Below are positions 31,309 through 41,999 of a DNA stretch of 64,000 nt, piece by piece; the stretch's first letter is position 1, and each line of letters begins with the position of its first letter. The DNA lies in assembly GCA_963749495.1 (NCBI GenBank), contig CAVVMW010000030.1:179782-243781 (forward strand), written 5' to 3'. This DNA comes from an uncultured bacterium. Its GTDB lineage: Bacteria > Verrucomicrobiota > Verrucomicrobiia > Limisphaerales > UBA8199. Position numbers and translations under genes: made by a program. The notes beneath the pieces were generated by a model. The model worked only from the letters and a program-made list of their open reading frames with translations, had not been told where the DNA came from and ran no database searches.

Positions 31309-31746
31309 TCAACCCGGCAAGTCTTTGCCGCTGGTGGTGACGGTAAGCTTGCCGTGCTTGACGCCTTTGGCGGCGATGAGTTCGTCGGCAATTCGCTTGA
31401 TGGTGGCGGCCTGGCCGCGCACGGCCAGGACTTCGAGGCAATTGAAATGATCCAGGTGGACGTGGAGGGAGGAGAGGATGACGTCGTGGTGGTCGTGCTG
31501 GATATCGGTCAGGGCGGCTTGGACATGCTGTTTGTGGTGGTCGTACACCAGCGTGATGGTGCCGGCGATCTCCTGGTCGCCGAAGTTTTGCCTGTGCTCG
31601 ACCAATTGGGCGCGGATCATGTCGGCCACGGCCAGGGAACGGTTGTCGTAGCCCTTCTGGCGGGCCATCTGGTCGAGTTGCCTGGCCAGGGCTTTGGGGA
31701 TGGAGATGCTGAGGCGAACGGCGCCGTCCTGTTGCTTGTTGTTCAC
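31309..31746 (-). CDS. nikR: Nickel-responsive regulator NikR
   Basis: RHH N-terminus RLSISIP..NRSLAVADMIR; GTITLVYDHH; HVHLDHFNCLEV; GVKHGKL. Confidence 0.95.
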   Translation of the reverse strand: MNNKQQDGAVRLSISIPKALARQLDQMARQKGYDNRSLAVADMIRAQLVEHRQNFGDQEIAGTITLVYDHHKQHVQAALTDIQHDHHDVILSSLHVHLDHFNCLEVLAVRGQAATIKRIADELIAAKGVKHGKLTVTTSGKDLPG

Positions 31747-31799
31747 GGGGCGGAGGATAGCACAGGGATTGCGCCAATTGAATAAAAACGGGTCATGAC

Positions 31800-32045
31800 G
31801 TGTCTGATCCTCAAGTCATGATGAAGACCCAACGCAAGAGTCCATCCCCCGTGCTGACCAAGGGCCAACTTTGGAAGACCGACCAGGCCTATATCCACAT
31901 CGTTGGGCTTGGCAAGACCCTGCTCCATTACCGGATGACCCGGAGCCTCAAGCAAAAGGGCGTCGTCACCCAGATGAGCGCCATCGGGACCATGGCCAAC
32001 TACCTCAAGAGCAACGAGGCGCGCCTGATTCGGACCAGCGCGTAG
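31800..32045 (+). CDS. Small hypothetical protein
   Basis: Basic 81-aa ORF (LTKGQLWK..YIHIVGLGKTLLHYR) with host-like codon usage, divergent from nikR. Confidence 0.55.
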   Translation: MSDPQVMMKTQRKSPSPVLTKGQLWKTDQAYIHIVGLGKTLLHYRMTRSLKQKGVVTQMSAIGTMANYLKSNEARLIRTSA

Positions 32046-32067
32046 TGTGGTGTCCCCCGAAATAGCT

Positions 32068-32209
32068 AGAGCCTGTCCCAGAACCTGCGAATTCTGAGAC
32101 CTTGGTCGGAACCTTTGTCGGAACCTTTGTCGGATTGGCGCTTTCTGGACAAAGGTGCCGACAAAGGCTGCGACAAAGGTCCGGAATCAGAGTTCTTGGG
32201 ACAGGCTCT
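32068..32209. repeat. Palindromic element with (CTTTGTCG) sub-repeats
   Basis: AGAGCCTGTCCCAGAAC / GTTCTTGGGACAGGCTCT arms; inner ACCTTTGTCG / CGACAAAGG also present at about 8960-9045. Confidence 0.75.
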
Positions 32210-32211
32210 CG

Positions 32212-33177
32212 CTAGTCAAATGCGTGTCCGGCGCAGCACAGGACGTTGCGGACCTTGTGCCGGACCAGTTCCTTGACCTTGGTGCGGGCGGGACCCAGGT
32301 ATTTGCGCGGGTCGAATTCCTTGGGGGTTTCGGCAAAGACCTTGCGGATGCCGGCCGTCAGGGCCAGGCGCAGGTCGGTATCGATATTGACCTTGGTGCA
32401 GCCGGTGCGGCGGGCGACCTCGATGTCGGCCTCGGGCACGCCGGCGGTGTCAGTGCCCAGCTTGCCGCCGTATTTGTTGATTTCCTCGACCAATTCCTTG
32501 GGGACGCTGGAGGCGCCGTGCAGGACCAGGGGGTAATCGCCCAGCCCGGCATCCATGAGGGCCTTCTTGATGGCCTTGAGGCGTTCGAGGTCCAGGTGCT
32601 GCTCGCCCTTGAATTTATAGGCGCCATGGGAGTTGCCGATGGCCACGGCCAGGGAATCCACGCCGGAACGCCGGACGAAATCCACCGCCTGTTCCGGGTG
32701 CGTGTAGTGGCCCTCGACCGAGTAGTGGCCGCCCGCCTCGCCTTCGTCGAACTGGGCGCCGACCAGGTGCCCCAGCTCGCCTTCGACCACGCCATTGTGC
32801 TTGTGGGCGTAGTCCACCACGCGCCGGCAGATCTCGATGTTCTTCTCCAGCGGCTCGTGGCTGGCGTCAATCATGACGCTAGTGAATCCTTCATCGATGC
32901 ACTCCTTGCACAGTTCGAAACTGTCCCCGTGGTCCAGGTGCACGGCGATCGGGATGTTCGAGAGGCTGATGGCCGCCTCAATGAGCTTCTTGAGGTAGAT
33001 GGGATTGGCGTAGCCTCGCGCCCCTTTGGAAATCTGGAGGATGACGGGGGCCTTTTCGGCCTCGCAGGCCTCCACAATGGCCTGGAGCAATTCCATGTTG
33101 TTGACGTTGAAGGCGCCCAAGGCGTACTTGCCCTTAAGGGCCTTGGCAAACAAATCTCTGGTGTGTGTCAGTGGCAT
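32212..33177 (-). CDS. fba: Class II fructose-bisphosphate aldolase
   Basis: GAFNVNN; VHLDHG; GFTSVMIDAS; LAVAIGNSHGAYK; LVLHGASS; KVNIDTD; FDPRKYL. Confidence 0.95.
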   Translation of the reverse strand: MPLTHTRDLFAKALKGKYALGAFNVNNMELLQAIVEACEAEKAPVILQISKGARGYANPIYLKKLIEAAISLSNIPIAVHLDHGDSFELCKECIDEGFTSVMIDASHEPLEKNIEICRRVVDYAHKHNGVVEGELGHLVGAQFDEGEAGGHYSVEGHYTHPEQAVDFVRRSGVDSLAVAIGNSHGAYKFKGEQHLDLERLKAIKKALMDAGLGDYPLVLHGASSVPKELVEEINKYGGKLGTDTAGVPEADIEVARRTGCTKVNIDTDLRLALTAGIRKVFAETPKEFDPRKYLGPARTKVKELVRHKVRNVLCCAGHAFD

Positions 33178-33360
33178 AAGTTTCGTTCTCGAGTCAGTCA
33201 GTCATTAAACCCATCAGTCAACGGCCACAAACCCTGCAGCCAAGCACCCTACCATAGCGACCGCCGGGGGCAAAGAAAACCACAATGTTGGAGGGGCCGC
33301 AAGCGGGAAACGTCCCCGGACTGTAAGGCGTCGTGGAGGCGAGAGCGGAATCGCGGGCTG

Positions 33361-33507
33361 GCCCCTCACCCCGGCCCTCTCCCCATCGGATGGGGGGAGG
33401 GAGAATTGTCCGTAGCGGCTCGAGGAACCAGGGACGCCTGGAAGTTCAAGAGACTGCCGATGCTCCGCCCTCTCCCCATCGGACGGGGAGAGGGTAGGGG
33501 TGAGGGG
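33361..33507. repeat. REP-like palindrome (CCCCTCACCCC family)
   Basis: CCCCTCACCCCGGCCCTCTCCCC ... GGGGAGAGGGTAGGGGTGAGGGG. Confidence 0.75.
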
Positions 33508-33549
33508 TCCGCCGGGGACTCCGTCTCCGCCTTCACCGGTTAGCCCGCC

Positions 33550-34758
33550 CTACCGCTTGTTGACAATGGTCGAGATTTGGAAGATGGGCAGGAACATGCA
33601 GATGACCATGCTGCCGACCACGATGCCCAGGAAGACGATCAGGATGGGCTCGATGAGGGACATCAGGCCCGCCAGCGTGGTCTCAATCTCTTCGTCCATG
33701 AAATCCGAAATCCGCTCCAGCATATTGTCGATCTTGCCGGTCTGCTCCCCGGCGGTGACCATGCGGATGATCATGCTCGGGAAGATCGGGTGCTTGCCCA
33801 GGGCGCTGGAGATGCTCTCGCCGCGCTCGATGTCAACCGCCGCGGCCTTGATGGCCTTTTCCATCACCGCGTTGCCCACGGTCTGCGAGACGATCTGCAG
33901 GACCTCCAGGATGGGGACGCCGCTGCGAACCAGGGAGGCCAGGGTCCGCGTGAACCGCGCCAAGCAGATTTTGTGGGCGATGACGCCAATGACGGGCAAC
34001 TTGATGCGGCGCGCGTCCCAAAAGTGGCGGCCCCCGGGCGTCCGGATGAAGTAGAACCAGCCGTAAGCGAGGCCCGTGGCGCACGCCAGGATTAGGACGA
34101 TGTAATGCCTTACGAACGTGCTCGTGTTAATCAGGTATTGCGTCGGCGCCGGCAGCTTCGAGCCGAAGCTGGAAAAGACCTCCGCAAACACCGGCACCAC
34201 CCTGACCAGCAGGAAGCCGGTGATCAGGACCGCCACCACGCACACCACCGTGGGATACATCAGGGCCGATTTGACCTTTTTGCGGAGCCGGGCCGCATTC
34301 TCCAGGTAGGTGGCCAGGCGCGCCAGGATTTCCGCCAGCAGACCGCCGCGCTCGCCGGCGGCCACCATGCACACGTAAAGCCGGTTGAAGGCCTTGGGAT
34401 GCTTCTGCAGCGCCTCAGAAAAGCTGTCGCCCCCCTCGACCCTGGAGCAGACGTCGCGGATGACGTCCCGCATGCCCTTGTGGGTGGTCTGCTCGGCCAG
34501 GGCCTGCAAGGACTGGACCATCGCCAGGCCCGCATCGATCATCGTGGCCAGTTGGCGGGTGAAGATGACCAGGTCCATCAGCGGCACGCCGCCCCCGCTG
34601 GTCTGGCCCTTCTTGGCAACCTTCTCCTGTATCGCCACGACCAGGAGGTTGCGGTTCAACAGCGTGGCGATGGCCGCCTGTTCCGTAACCGCCTCAACCG
34701 AATTTCGAATCTCGCGTCCGGATGCCGTATCGCGAGCCACATAGGCAAATGAGGCCAT
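33550..34758 (-). CDS. pilC: Type II secretion system F / type IV pilus platform protein PilC
   Basis: FTRQLATMIDAG; VKSALMYP; LPAPT; FTRTLASLVRSGVPI; GEQTGKID.ML; LIEPILI. Confidence 0.9.
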   Translation of the reverse strand: MASFAYVARDTASGREIRNSVEAVTEQAAIATLLNRNLLVVAIQEKVAKKGQTSGGGVPLMDLVIFTRQLATMIDAGLAMVQSLQALAEQTTHKGMRDVIRDVCSRVEGGDSFSEALQKHPKAFNRLYVCMVAAGERGGLLAEILARLATYLENAARLRKKVKSALMYPTVVCVVAVLITGFLLVRVVPVFAEVFSSFGSKLPAPTQYLINTSTFVRHYIVLILACATGLAYGWFYFIRTPGGRHFWDARRIKLPVIGVIAHKICLARFTRTLASLVRSGVPILEVLQIVSQTVGNAVMEKAIKAAAVDIERGESISSALGKHPIFPSMIIRMVTAGEQTGKIDNMLERISDFMDEEIETTLAGLMSLIEPILIVFLGIVVGSMVICMFLPIFQISTIVNKR

Positions 34759-35170
34759 AAAGCGTCTGACCGGTCCCCAACGGAGCAGGGTTCGTTCCAG
34801 AAACCAGAGGACCGCCCGTCCCGGCAGGGCAGCCGCAGCTATTTCCAGGGGCAAGAGGCAGAATCGTTGGGCAAACACAAAGACGATCTGGCAGAAAAAC
34901 AGTTCTTTTGCATTTTTCTGCCAGATCAGATGCGTCTGCCCTTCTTCCGCCGATTTGGGGATCTCCTGTCCCAAGCTGGTACAGGATTGCCCAGAATCGG
35001 GCGGAAAACCTGGGCGAGATTCTTGTTGTCAAACAACCAACTTTTCCCTATGTATGGCGCAGGAGCACCGGTTTTGGTGCGAGGGCAGACCGGTTCTGCC
35101 CTCTTCAGATGCAGAATTAGGCAGGAAACATAAATAAGTAACAGTACAAGCACAAACATCGGAGGAACCA

Positions 35171-36395
35171 ATGAAGTTTAACAAATGGACAGTAGCGTTG
35201 GCCGCCGTCGGGGTGGTCAGCCTGGCGTCCGCCGCCAAAGCCGAGGAGAAGGCGAGCGCTGTTGCGACGGCGCTCTCGTCCACGACAATCGGCGGCTATG
35301 TGGACACGTCGGCACAGTGGAACGTCGGCACCGGAAACGCGAATCCGGCGCCCTACAAGTTCAACACCCCGAGCAAGGCCGACGGTTTCAACTTGGACGT
35401 CTTCCAGCTCAGAATCGCCAAGCCGCTCGATGAAACTCCCTGGTCGGCCGGGTACCTGGTGGACCTGTGGGCCGGCCCGGATGCCAACGTCCTGGGGACC
35501 ACCTCGACGATCTTCAAGGGCGGCGCGCCCTCGGACTTCGCCGTCCGGCAGGCCTACGTCTCGTTGAACGTGCCCGTGCTCAATGGGCTTGACTGCAAGG
35601 TCGGCGTGTTCGACAGCATTATCGGCTACGAATCGGTGGAATCGCCGAATGACCCCAACTACACCCGTTCTTACGGGCATAGCATGGAACCCCAGACCCA
35701 CACGGGCGTGCTGGCCACCTATCGTTTCGGCACTGCGCTCAGCGTCAGTGGAGGCGTGGCCGACACGGTGGGCCCGATCATCAACGAACGCCCGTTCGAG
35801 GGCCTGAACGCCGCTGGCGCCAACAAGGCCGAGTCCTACAAGACTTACATGGCCTCGATCGAGTTGACCGCCCCGGACAGCATGGGATTCCTGGCCGGCT
35901 CCAAGCTCTACGGCGGATTCGTGAACGGCTTCTCTGACCGTGCAGCCGGCATGGCAGGGGTAGGGGCCACTGGCGACCAAACCAGCTATTATGTTGGCAC
36001 CACCCTCGCCACCCCCATCAAGGAACTGACCCTGGGCGCTTCACTTGACTACCTGGACCTCTACGGCGTCAAAGGCCAGACCTGGTCGGCCGCCGGCTAT
36101 GCCTCCTACCATGCCACCGAGAAGCTCAGCTTCCATGCCCGTGGTGAATACGTCAAGGACAGCGCCGGGGCCTTAGGCTTCGCCGTCGACCCGATCGCCG
36201 GCCGCGCCTCCGACCAGGTCCTGGCCCTCACGGGCACTGTCCAGTACCGACCTCTGGAAAAACGTGATCAGCCGCCTCGAGATCCGTTGGGACCACTCGC
36301 TCAGTGGCCTCAACACCTTTGGCGGCACCACGGCGGGCACACCCGACCGCGACAACGCCTGGCTGCTGGCCGCCAACGTCATCTACAGGTTCTAG
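35171..36395 (+). CDS. Outer-membrane beta-barrel porin; 1-nt frameshift near 36247
   Basis: Signal peptide; GGYVDTS; QAYV; IIGYE; corrected frame reads YDLWKNVISRLEIRWDH...NVIYRF* with a terminal Phe. Confidence 0.8.
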
Positions 36396-36420
36396 GCCAA
36401 CCCCCCCGGGTGGTTCCCAC

Positions 36421-36458
36421 GGGCCCCTTCCCCAATTGCTTGGGAGGGGCCCTTTTTT
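36421..36458 (+). terminator. Rho-independent terminator
   Basis: GGGCCCCTTCCCCAA-TTGC-TTGGGAGGGGCCC followed by TTTTTT. Confidence 0.8.
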
Positions 36459-36589
36459 AGTGCGGAGTGCGGAGTGCGGAGTGCGGAGTGCGGAATGCGG
36501 AGTGCGGAGTGCGGAGTGCGGAGTGCGGAATGCGGAGTGCGCAGTGCGGAGTGCGGAGTGCGGAGTGCGGAGTGCGCAGTGCGGAGTGC
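36459..36589. repeat. Heptamer microsatellite (GAGTGCG)n
   Basis: About 18 tandem copies with minor variants. Confidence 0.9.
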
Positions 36590-36601
36590 CGGTCCCAGGC
36601 G

Positions 36602-36832
36602 TCACCGGAAGAGTTCTACTTGTGGCAGGCCAGCCAGGCGGGCCAGTTCGGCCTGGGCGGCATCGCACGTAGCGAGGACCCGGGCGCCGCTGTGCTGCGC
36701 CACTGCAACGTGAATGCAATCCCAGGTGCCCGCAGTAGTCCGCGCCGCAAACCGGGCGCTCAATTCGTCTCCCCATTCCTCTGCCGGATGGAACCACGCC
36801 ACCAGGACGGAGGTGTCGGCGTAAATCCTCAT
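36602..36832 (-). pseudogene. VapC/PIN-domain toxin with an apparent internal deletion (76 aa)
   Basis: N-terminal IYADTSVLV and C-terminal WDCIHVAVA...LATCD..QAELAR are present, but the middle of the PIN domain is missing. Confidence 0.6.
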
Positions 36833-37077
36833 CGGCGGCGGCGGCGGCGCTCTTCCAGGACGGGGTTCGCCACTCGCTCAGACGGCTTGATTCGTTCCTG
36901 GGCCTGCCAAACTTCGCCCATCACATCGTCCCAGGGGGGCGGTTGGACCCGGGACACCGGTTCCAGCCGCCCTACCGCGCGGCCACGGCGGGTGATTATC
37001 AGGCGCTCGCCCTTTTCCAGTTGGTCCAGGATGCTCCTGGTTTCCATGTGCAGTTGTTTTGCGGTCACTGTGCCCAT
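36829..37077 (-). CDS. Phd/YefM family antitoxin
   Basis: MGTVTAKQLHMETRSILDQLEKGERLIITRRGRAVGRLEP; stop overlaps the toxin start (ATGA). Confidence 0.85.
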   Translation of the reverse strand: MGTVTAKQLHMETRSILDQLEKGERLIITRRGRAVGRLEPVSRVQPPPWDDVMGEVWQAQERIKPSERVANPVLEERRRRRR

Positions 37078-37248
37078 GCGACATAGGTAACACCTTCTTG
37101 GTGTCACCACAACGATCTTTTCAGCCTGGGGACGCATAGGTCGGTTCTTGCCTTTGACTGCCCCACGCTTTCCAAATAGGGGCATCGGCCCGCCGCGGGG
37201 GCACCTCCCGGCCTTGCGCGGGCGGCTGAACTCAGGCACCCTCGCCCC

Positions 37249-39363
37249 ATGACCGGAAAGCAGAGCTCCCTCAATCCTGCCGCGCTGGCGGTCGTTGCCA
37301 CATCGATGCTCTGGCTGGCGCTGCCGGCCCGCGCCGCCGGGGCCCCGGGGCAGGGCCAACCCCTGACCCTCACTCGAGGCGAGGCCCGCCGCGTCGCCGG
37401 TGTGGCGGAATTGAAGGCCGCCCTTCAGGCCGCAGACATTGCGAAGGCCCCCACCACGCTCCTGCTGCAGGACGGCACGTATCTGCTGGACATCGGGGCG
37501 AGCGAGTTCAGCCCCCAGACCATGCCGGCAGGCAAGCCGCTCCCGCCGGGGCTGAGCATCGTTCCCGGGCCGGTCAACGGCGCCTTCATCGAGCGGAACG
37601 GCAAGTTCCTGGCCGTGTATGGGGATCCCTCGGGCGCGCACGTTGCGCCCGACACCGTCCTGCTGGCAGAAGCCCGTCGTGACGTCACCTGGGCCGCCCG
37701 CGGTCCGGCCCAGCGCGGGGCCAGGATAATCGCCCCGGAGAAGGAGGCCGGACTTCTGAGCCATCCCGAGAAGTTCTGGGCCGAGTTGCGCGAGAAACGC
37801 TTTCATGACTATGCGCAGCAATCGACGAAAGTGCCGGCTGAGGCGCTGCCCGTGAGCCGCACGGTCAAGGAGGGCGATACCGTCACCTGGGAGGACCTTG
37901 CCATCCGGGTGGTCGATACCCCTGGCTACACGCCGGGCGCAGTGAGCTATCTGGTCGAGCTCGGAGGCCGGAAGGTCGCGTTCACGGGCAACCTGATCCG
38001 CGATGATGGGAAACTCCAGGACCTGTTCAGCCTCCAGGACGCTATCCCCGAGGCGAAGATCGGCGGGTATCATGGCTGGGCCGGGCGCCTGGCCCAATTG
38101 GTCGCGTCCCTCGATCGGGTCGCCGCCGAGAAACCGGACCTGTTGGCGCCCCTTCGTGGTCCGGTCATCCCCGATCCCGTGCCTGCGATTCGCCGCCTCC
38201 AAGACAGGATTCGCGCCGTCTATGCCAATTATCTCTCCATCAATGCGCTGCGATGGTATTTCAAGGACGAACACATCCGGGTCAAGGCCCGGCGCGTCCT
38301 GGGTGCGGACGCCCCGGTGGATTGGATGGAGATGGCGGAGACGCCGCTGCTGCCCGAACAGATCATCCCCATCTCGAATTCGAGGCTCATCCTCTCGGAC
38401 GACCGCTCGGGGTTCCTGGTTGATTGCGGCAGCAGCGGCATCATCGGCCAGTTGCGCAAGCTGCGCGACGCCGCCAAGCTCACCTCGGTCGAGCACGTGT
38501 TTGTGACGCATTACCATGACGATCATACGGACGCCTTGCCGGAGTTGGTCAAGGAGTTTGGCGCGAAGGTCCATGCCTGCGGCAGCCTGGTCAATGTCAT
38601 CGAGCGGCCGGGCGATTACCGGCTGCCGTGCCTGACCAAAAACCCCACTGCCGTCACGGCGCCGCACCGCGATGGCGACACCTGGAGGTGGAAAGAATAC
38701 CGGCTCACCATCTTCGATTTCCCCGGCCAGACCCTGCACCACAATGGCTTGCTGGTCCAGAGGGACGGGGCCTGGTCCGCCTTTTTCGCGGGCGACTCCT
38801 TCACGCCCTCGGGCATCGATGATTATTGCCTGCAGAACCGGAATTTCCTTCACGAAGGACAGGGCTACTTCCGCTGCCTGGATCAACTGGAGAGGTTGCC
38901 CAAGGGATGCCTGGTCCTCAACCAGCACGTCGAGCCTGCCTTCCGGTTTTCTCCGGCGCAAATAGGGCGGATGCGCCAGACCCTCCGGCAGCGGCTGCCC
39001 TTGCTGGCCCAGTTGCTGCCCTTCGATGACCCCAATTACGGCCTGGATGAAACCTGGGCGGTCCTGCACCCCTACTGGGTCACCCTGCGCCCCGGCCAGG
39101 CCGCGCAGCTCCAGTTGCGCATTACCAACCACTCCCCAAACCAGCGGACCTTCCATGCGGCCCTGCGCGCCCCCGAGGGCCTCCGGGCGGCGGCTCGTGC
39201 CGAACCGGCCCGCATCGCGCCAGACACCGAGGGCGCGATCGAGATGAGCGTGGCGGCGCCGGCTGACCGCCCGCCCGGTCTGCACGTGGTGGTTGCCGAC
39301 GTGGCCTGGGAAGATGGCGAACTGCGAGAATGGGCGGAGGCGGTGATCGAAGTCGTGCCGTAG
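37249..39363 (+). CDS. Secreted tandem metallo-beta-lactamase-fold hydrolase
   Basis: Signal peptide; degenerate first MBL domain (TPGYTPG, FTGNL); second domain LVDCG, THYHDDH, FPGQT, FAGDS. Confidence 0.75.
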   Translation: MTGKQSSLNPAALAVVATSMLWLALPARAAGAPGQGQPLTLTRGEARRVAGVAELKAALQAADIAKAPTTLLLQDGTYLLDIGASEFSPQTMPAGKPLPPGLSIVPGPVNGAFIERNGKFLAVYGDPSGAHVAPDTVLLAEARRDVTWAARGPAQRGARIIAPEKEAGLLSHPEKFWAELREKRFHDYAQQSTKVPAEALPVSRTVKEGDTVTWEDLAIRVVDTPGYTPGAVSYLVELGGRKVAFTGNLIRDDGKLQDLFSLQDAIPEAKIGGYHGWAGRLAQLVASLDRVAAEKPDLLAPLRGPVIPDPVPAIRRLQDRIRAVYANYLSINALRWYFKDEHIRVKARRVLGADAPVDWMEMAETPLLPEQIIPISNSRLILSDDRSGFLVDCGSSGIIGQLRKLRDAAKLTSVEHVFVTHYHDDHTDALPELVKEFGAKVHACGSLVNVIERPGDYRLPCLTKNPTAVTAPHRDGDTWRWKEYRLTIFDFPGQTLHHNGLLVQRDGAWSAFFAGDSFTPSGIDDYCLQNRNFLHEGQGYFRCLDQLERLPKGCLVLNQHVEPAFRFSPAQIGRMRQTLRQRLPLLAQLLPFDDPNYGLDETWAVLHPYWVTLRPGQAAQLQLRITNHSPNQRTFHAALRAPEGLRAAARAEPARIAPDTEGAIEMSVAAPADRPPGLHVVVADVAWEDGELREWAEAVIEVVP

Positions 39364-39493
39364 GTCGGCGTTAAAGGCTTGTGCAAGAATAGAGGCCGGG
39401 ATTGAGGCAAGATTCTAACATTTTGGAACCCTGATTGGCCTCAGACCCAGGGGATTCATAAGCAACCGGAGGTGGCTTGCTCACGTGCTTTTC

Positions 39494-39679
39494 ATCCCGG
39501 AGGGATGCCTGAGAATAGCCCAACGCTTCAGCGTTGGGTGGCGGGGCAAAGGCGGTCAAGTCCCGAAGGGACGGCCGAAATGTCGGGCCGCTCAGCCGTC
39601 CCTTCGGGACTGGGCCGTTTTGGGGCACATCAACCCAATGCTAAAGCATTGGGCTATTCTCATGTGTCCCTCCGGGACA
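39494..39679. repeat. REP-like palindromic element (CCCGAAGGG family), copy 2
   Basis: TCCCGGAGGGA..GAGAATAGCCCAA / TTGGGCTATTCTC..TCCCTCCGGGA. Confidence 0.75.
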
Positions 39680-39744
39680 GCGACATTGGCCGTGGCCCAC
39701 GATGAATTCATCGGGGCGCTGGTCCGGGCCTTTCGAGCTTTGGG

Positions 39745-40728
39745 TCACTGGCTCAGGCAGGAGAATTGCACAGCCAGCTTCGCATCCTGTTCCGGTTCAT
39801 CGCGAAAGCGCGGGAACATCCCCACGATGACGGCGTCGGTAGGCTTGATGTTCCGGAAGGCGAACTCGAAGGACTTGACCACGTGTTCGGGGCTGTCGCA
39901 GTTCCTGCCGGCGCCCAGGATCTTGAAACCGAGGCAGGGGCGCTTGACCTGCCGGATAACCTCGCACATTCGCGGCGGGTCGCTCGGCAGGAACAGCTCC
40001 CCGAGCGGCGTCTCTCCTCCAAGCTGGGCCCGATCTCCTCGGTGGAGCGCGAGACACGGTAAAAGCAGGTCATGTAGAGATCCAGGTTCCAGCCCTGCTC
40101 CTCGGCATGGCGAATCACGGCGGGGTTGTGGGCGGACAGGCCCGCCATCACCCCCAGGTCGCGGACCCGCTTGGTGAAGTCGTGCGCCTTCTCGATCTGG
40201 CCTGCGCGCCAGAGACCGTCGCTGACGCCGCCATGGTGCATGACGGCAATTGGCTTGTTGCGCCGGATAATCTCCTTCAAGGCATTGGCGTCCTCCAGGT
40301 GCGGGCTGGAGGCCAGGAAAATCCACTGAATGTCCCCTCCGCGGTTGCGCAGGTTCTCCAGGGCCTGGTCCACCTTCTCGTCGGCCGAGGTCTGCCAGGT
40401 GTTGATGCCCGCGGCCAGGCATCGGTCCAGGAGTTTGCCGATGTTCTCCGGCGTGTAGTAGTCCATCATCACGCGGTCCATGAGGCGGCTCACGTGCGAG
40501 TAGCCTAGAATCGGATTCGAACCCACGATGAGCCGGCTCGACCTTGTGAGCACCCAGTTGAATCAACGGCATATCGGCGCCGGCCGCTGGCGCCGCGCCC
40601 AGCGAGAGCGCCGCGGGCCCCGCCATGGCCAGGCCAACCCCGGCCGCCGTTTGCCTGAGAAACTCCCGCCGGTTGCACTGGTTCTGAACGGGCCTGTCCT
40701 GTCGTTCTGTGTTCATACGGTGTTGCAC
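39745..40728 (-). CDS. Tat-exported aldo/keto-reductase-like protein, frameshifted twice (near 40545 and 40020)
   Basis: NRREFL Tat motif; MPLIQLG.HK|SRLIVGSNP; GINTWQ; GLSAHNP; FKILGAGR; IVGMFP. Confidence 0.6.
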   Translation of the reverse strand: MQHRMNTERQDRPVQNQCNRREFLRQTAAGVGLAMAGPAALSLGAAPAAGADMPLIQLGAHKVEPAHRGFESDSRLLAREPPHGPRDDGLLHAGEHRQTPGPMPGRGHQHLADLGRREGGPGPGEPAQPRRGHSVDFPGLQPAPGGRQCLEGDYPAQQANCRHAPWRRQRRSLARRPDREGARLHQAGPRPGGDGGPVRPQPRRDSPCRGAGLEPGSLHDLLLPCLALHRGDRAQLGGETPLGELFLPSDPPRMCEVIRQVKRPCLGFKILGAGRNCDSPEHVVKSFEFAFRNIKPTDAVIVGMFPRFRDEPEQDAKLAVQFSCLSQ

Positions 40729-40921
40729 GTGGTTTGCGCCTCCCGATTACCATCCGGTCGCCCCTCGGTCAATGATTTTTTGGCATGCAAAACATCATGT
40801 CCTGAATACATAATGTTTCCCGTACATAACCCGGGAAAAAGCGGAGGGCTGGATCTCGAGAACTTGACATTTCTATCAGTGCGCTGCCTGGCGAACGCAC
40901 CCTCAAGTGCCGCGAGCCTGC

Positions 40922-41854
40922 TCAATGCTTTTCGGGCCCGAGGAACCCCTGGTGGCCCAGCCAGGCGGCACAAGACCGGGTCCAGGTGGAGCAGGGCTGG
41001 TCGCTGGGCCGGACACCGAAGTCGTGAGCGGCCCCGGCATAGACGTGCAGCTCGGCCGGGATGCCGGCCCGACTTAAGGCGAGGTACATCAACACGCTGT
41101 GCTCAGGCGGGCTGATGAGGTCTGCCCCGCCGTGCGCCAGGAACACCGGAGGCGTTCCGGCGGGCACCCGCAGGCCCGGAGCCAGTTCATCTCTGTCCTT
41201 GGCCTTCAAGTAGCCCGGATAGGCCAGGATGGCGAAGTCGGGCCGGCAACCGGCCTGGTCGATCTCATCAATGGGCTCGTAGGTCCGCTTATCGAACTCG
41301 GTTGCGGCGGCAATGGCCAGGTGGCCCCCTGCCGAGAAGCCGACGATGCCGATCCGTTGCGGGTCAACGCCCAATTCCTTGGCTTTGCTCCGGACCAGGC
41401 TGATGGCCCGCTGGGCATCCTGGAGGGGGCGGCGGGCCGGCTCGCGTGGCGGCTCGTCCGGGCGGCGCGGGACCCGGTACTTCAGAATGATGCCGGTCAC
41501 GCCCAGCGAGTTGAGCCAGGCCGCCACCTCTTCACCCTCCAATTGCCAGTAGAGGTTCCAATAACCGCCGCCGGGACAGATGACGACCGCGCACCCGGTG
41601 TCCTTATCCTGTGCGGGCCGATAAATCGTGATGGTTGGCTTGCTCACGCCGGTGAGCAGCGTGGTGGATTCGGTGACCTCGACCTGCTTCCGATCCAACT
41701 GCGGTGACATCCGGGTTTGTTCCGGGCCGATGGCGCCGGCTTCGTCCGGGACTTTGCCGGGCCAAATCTCGATCACCTCCGGCTTTTCCGCCGCGCCCGC
41801 CAGCCAGGCAAGGCACGTCCAGGCGAGCAGGCAGAGGGTTGGTGCAATTCGCAT
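40922..41854 (-). CDS. Secreted alpha/beta hydrolase (xylan esterase/lipase-like)
   Basis: ICPGGGY; LKYRVP; DAQRAI; GFSAGG; FLAHG..D; HDFG. Confidence 0.88.
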   Translation of the reverse strand: MRIAPTLCLLAWTCLAWLAGAAEKPEVIEIWPGKVPDEAGAIGPEQTRMSPQLDRKQVEVTESTTLLTGVSKPTITIYRPAQDKDTGCAVVICPGGGYWNLYWQLEGEEVAAWLNSLGVTGIILKYRVPRRPDEPPREPARRPLQDAQRAISLVRSKAKELGVDPQRIGIVGFSAGGHLAIAAATEFDKRTYEPIDEIDQAGCRPDFAILAYPGYLKAKDRDELAPGLRVPAGTPPVFLAHGGADLISPPEHSVLMYLALSRAGIPAELHVYAGAAHDFGVRPSDQPCSTWTRSCAAWLGHQGFLGPEKH

Positions 41855-41999
41855 AATGGACAGGGGTTGATTTGTAACTGCGCCGGAAACTCTCACGCCC
41901 GCAGGCCCCGGGTCAAGAGGCAATTCTGGCAGGGCGCATCCATCCTGAGCTTGACGTGGCGGATTCCGCCTCTTAGTGTTCTTTCTGCATTGGATTGCG

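Noticed and set aside
7390..40560. Multiple frameshifted host genes (near 7400, 11130, 11950, 12990, 26660, 27870, 36247, 40020, 40545) as pseudogenes or programmed frameshifts
   Set aside because: They appear to be single-base indels, mostly in short runs, scattered over unrelated genes with no other decay. Long-read consensus error is the simplest explanation; read polishing is needed to confirm.
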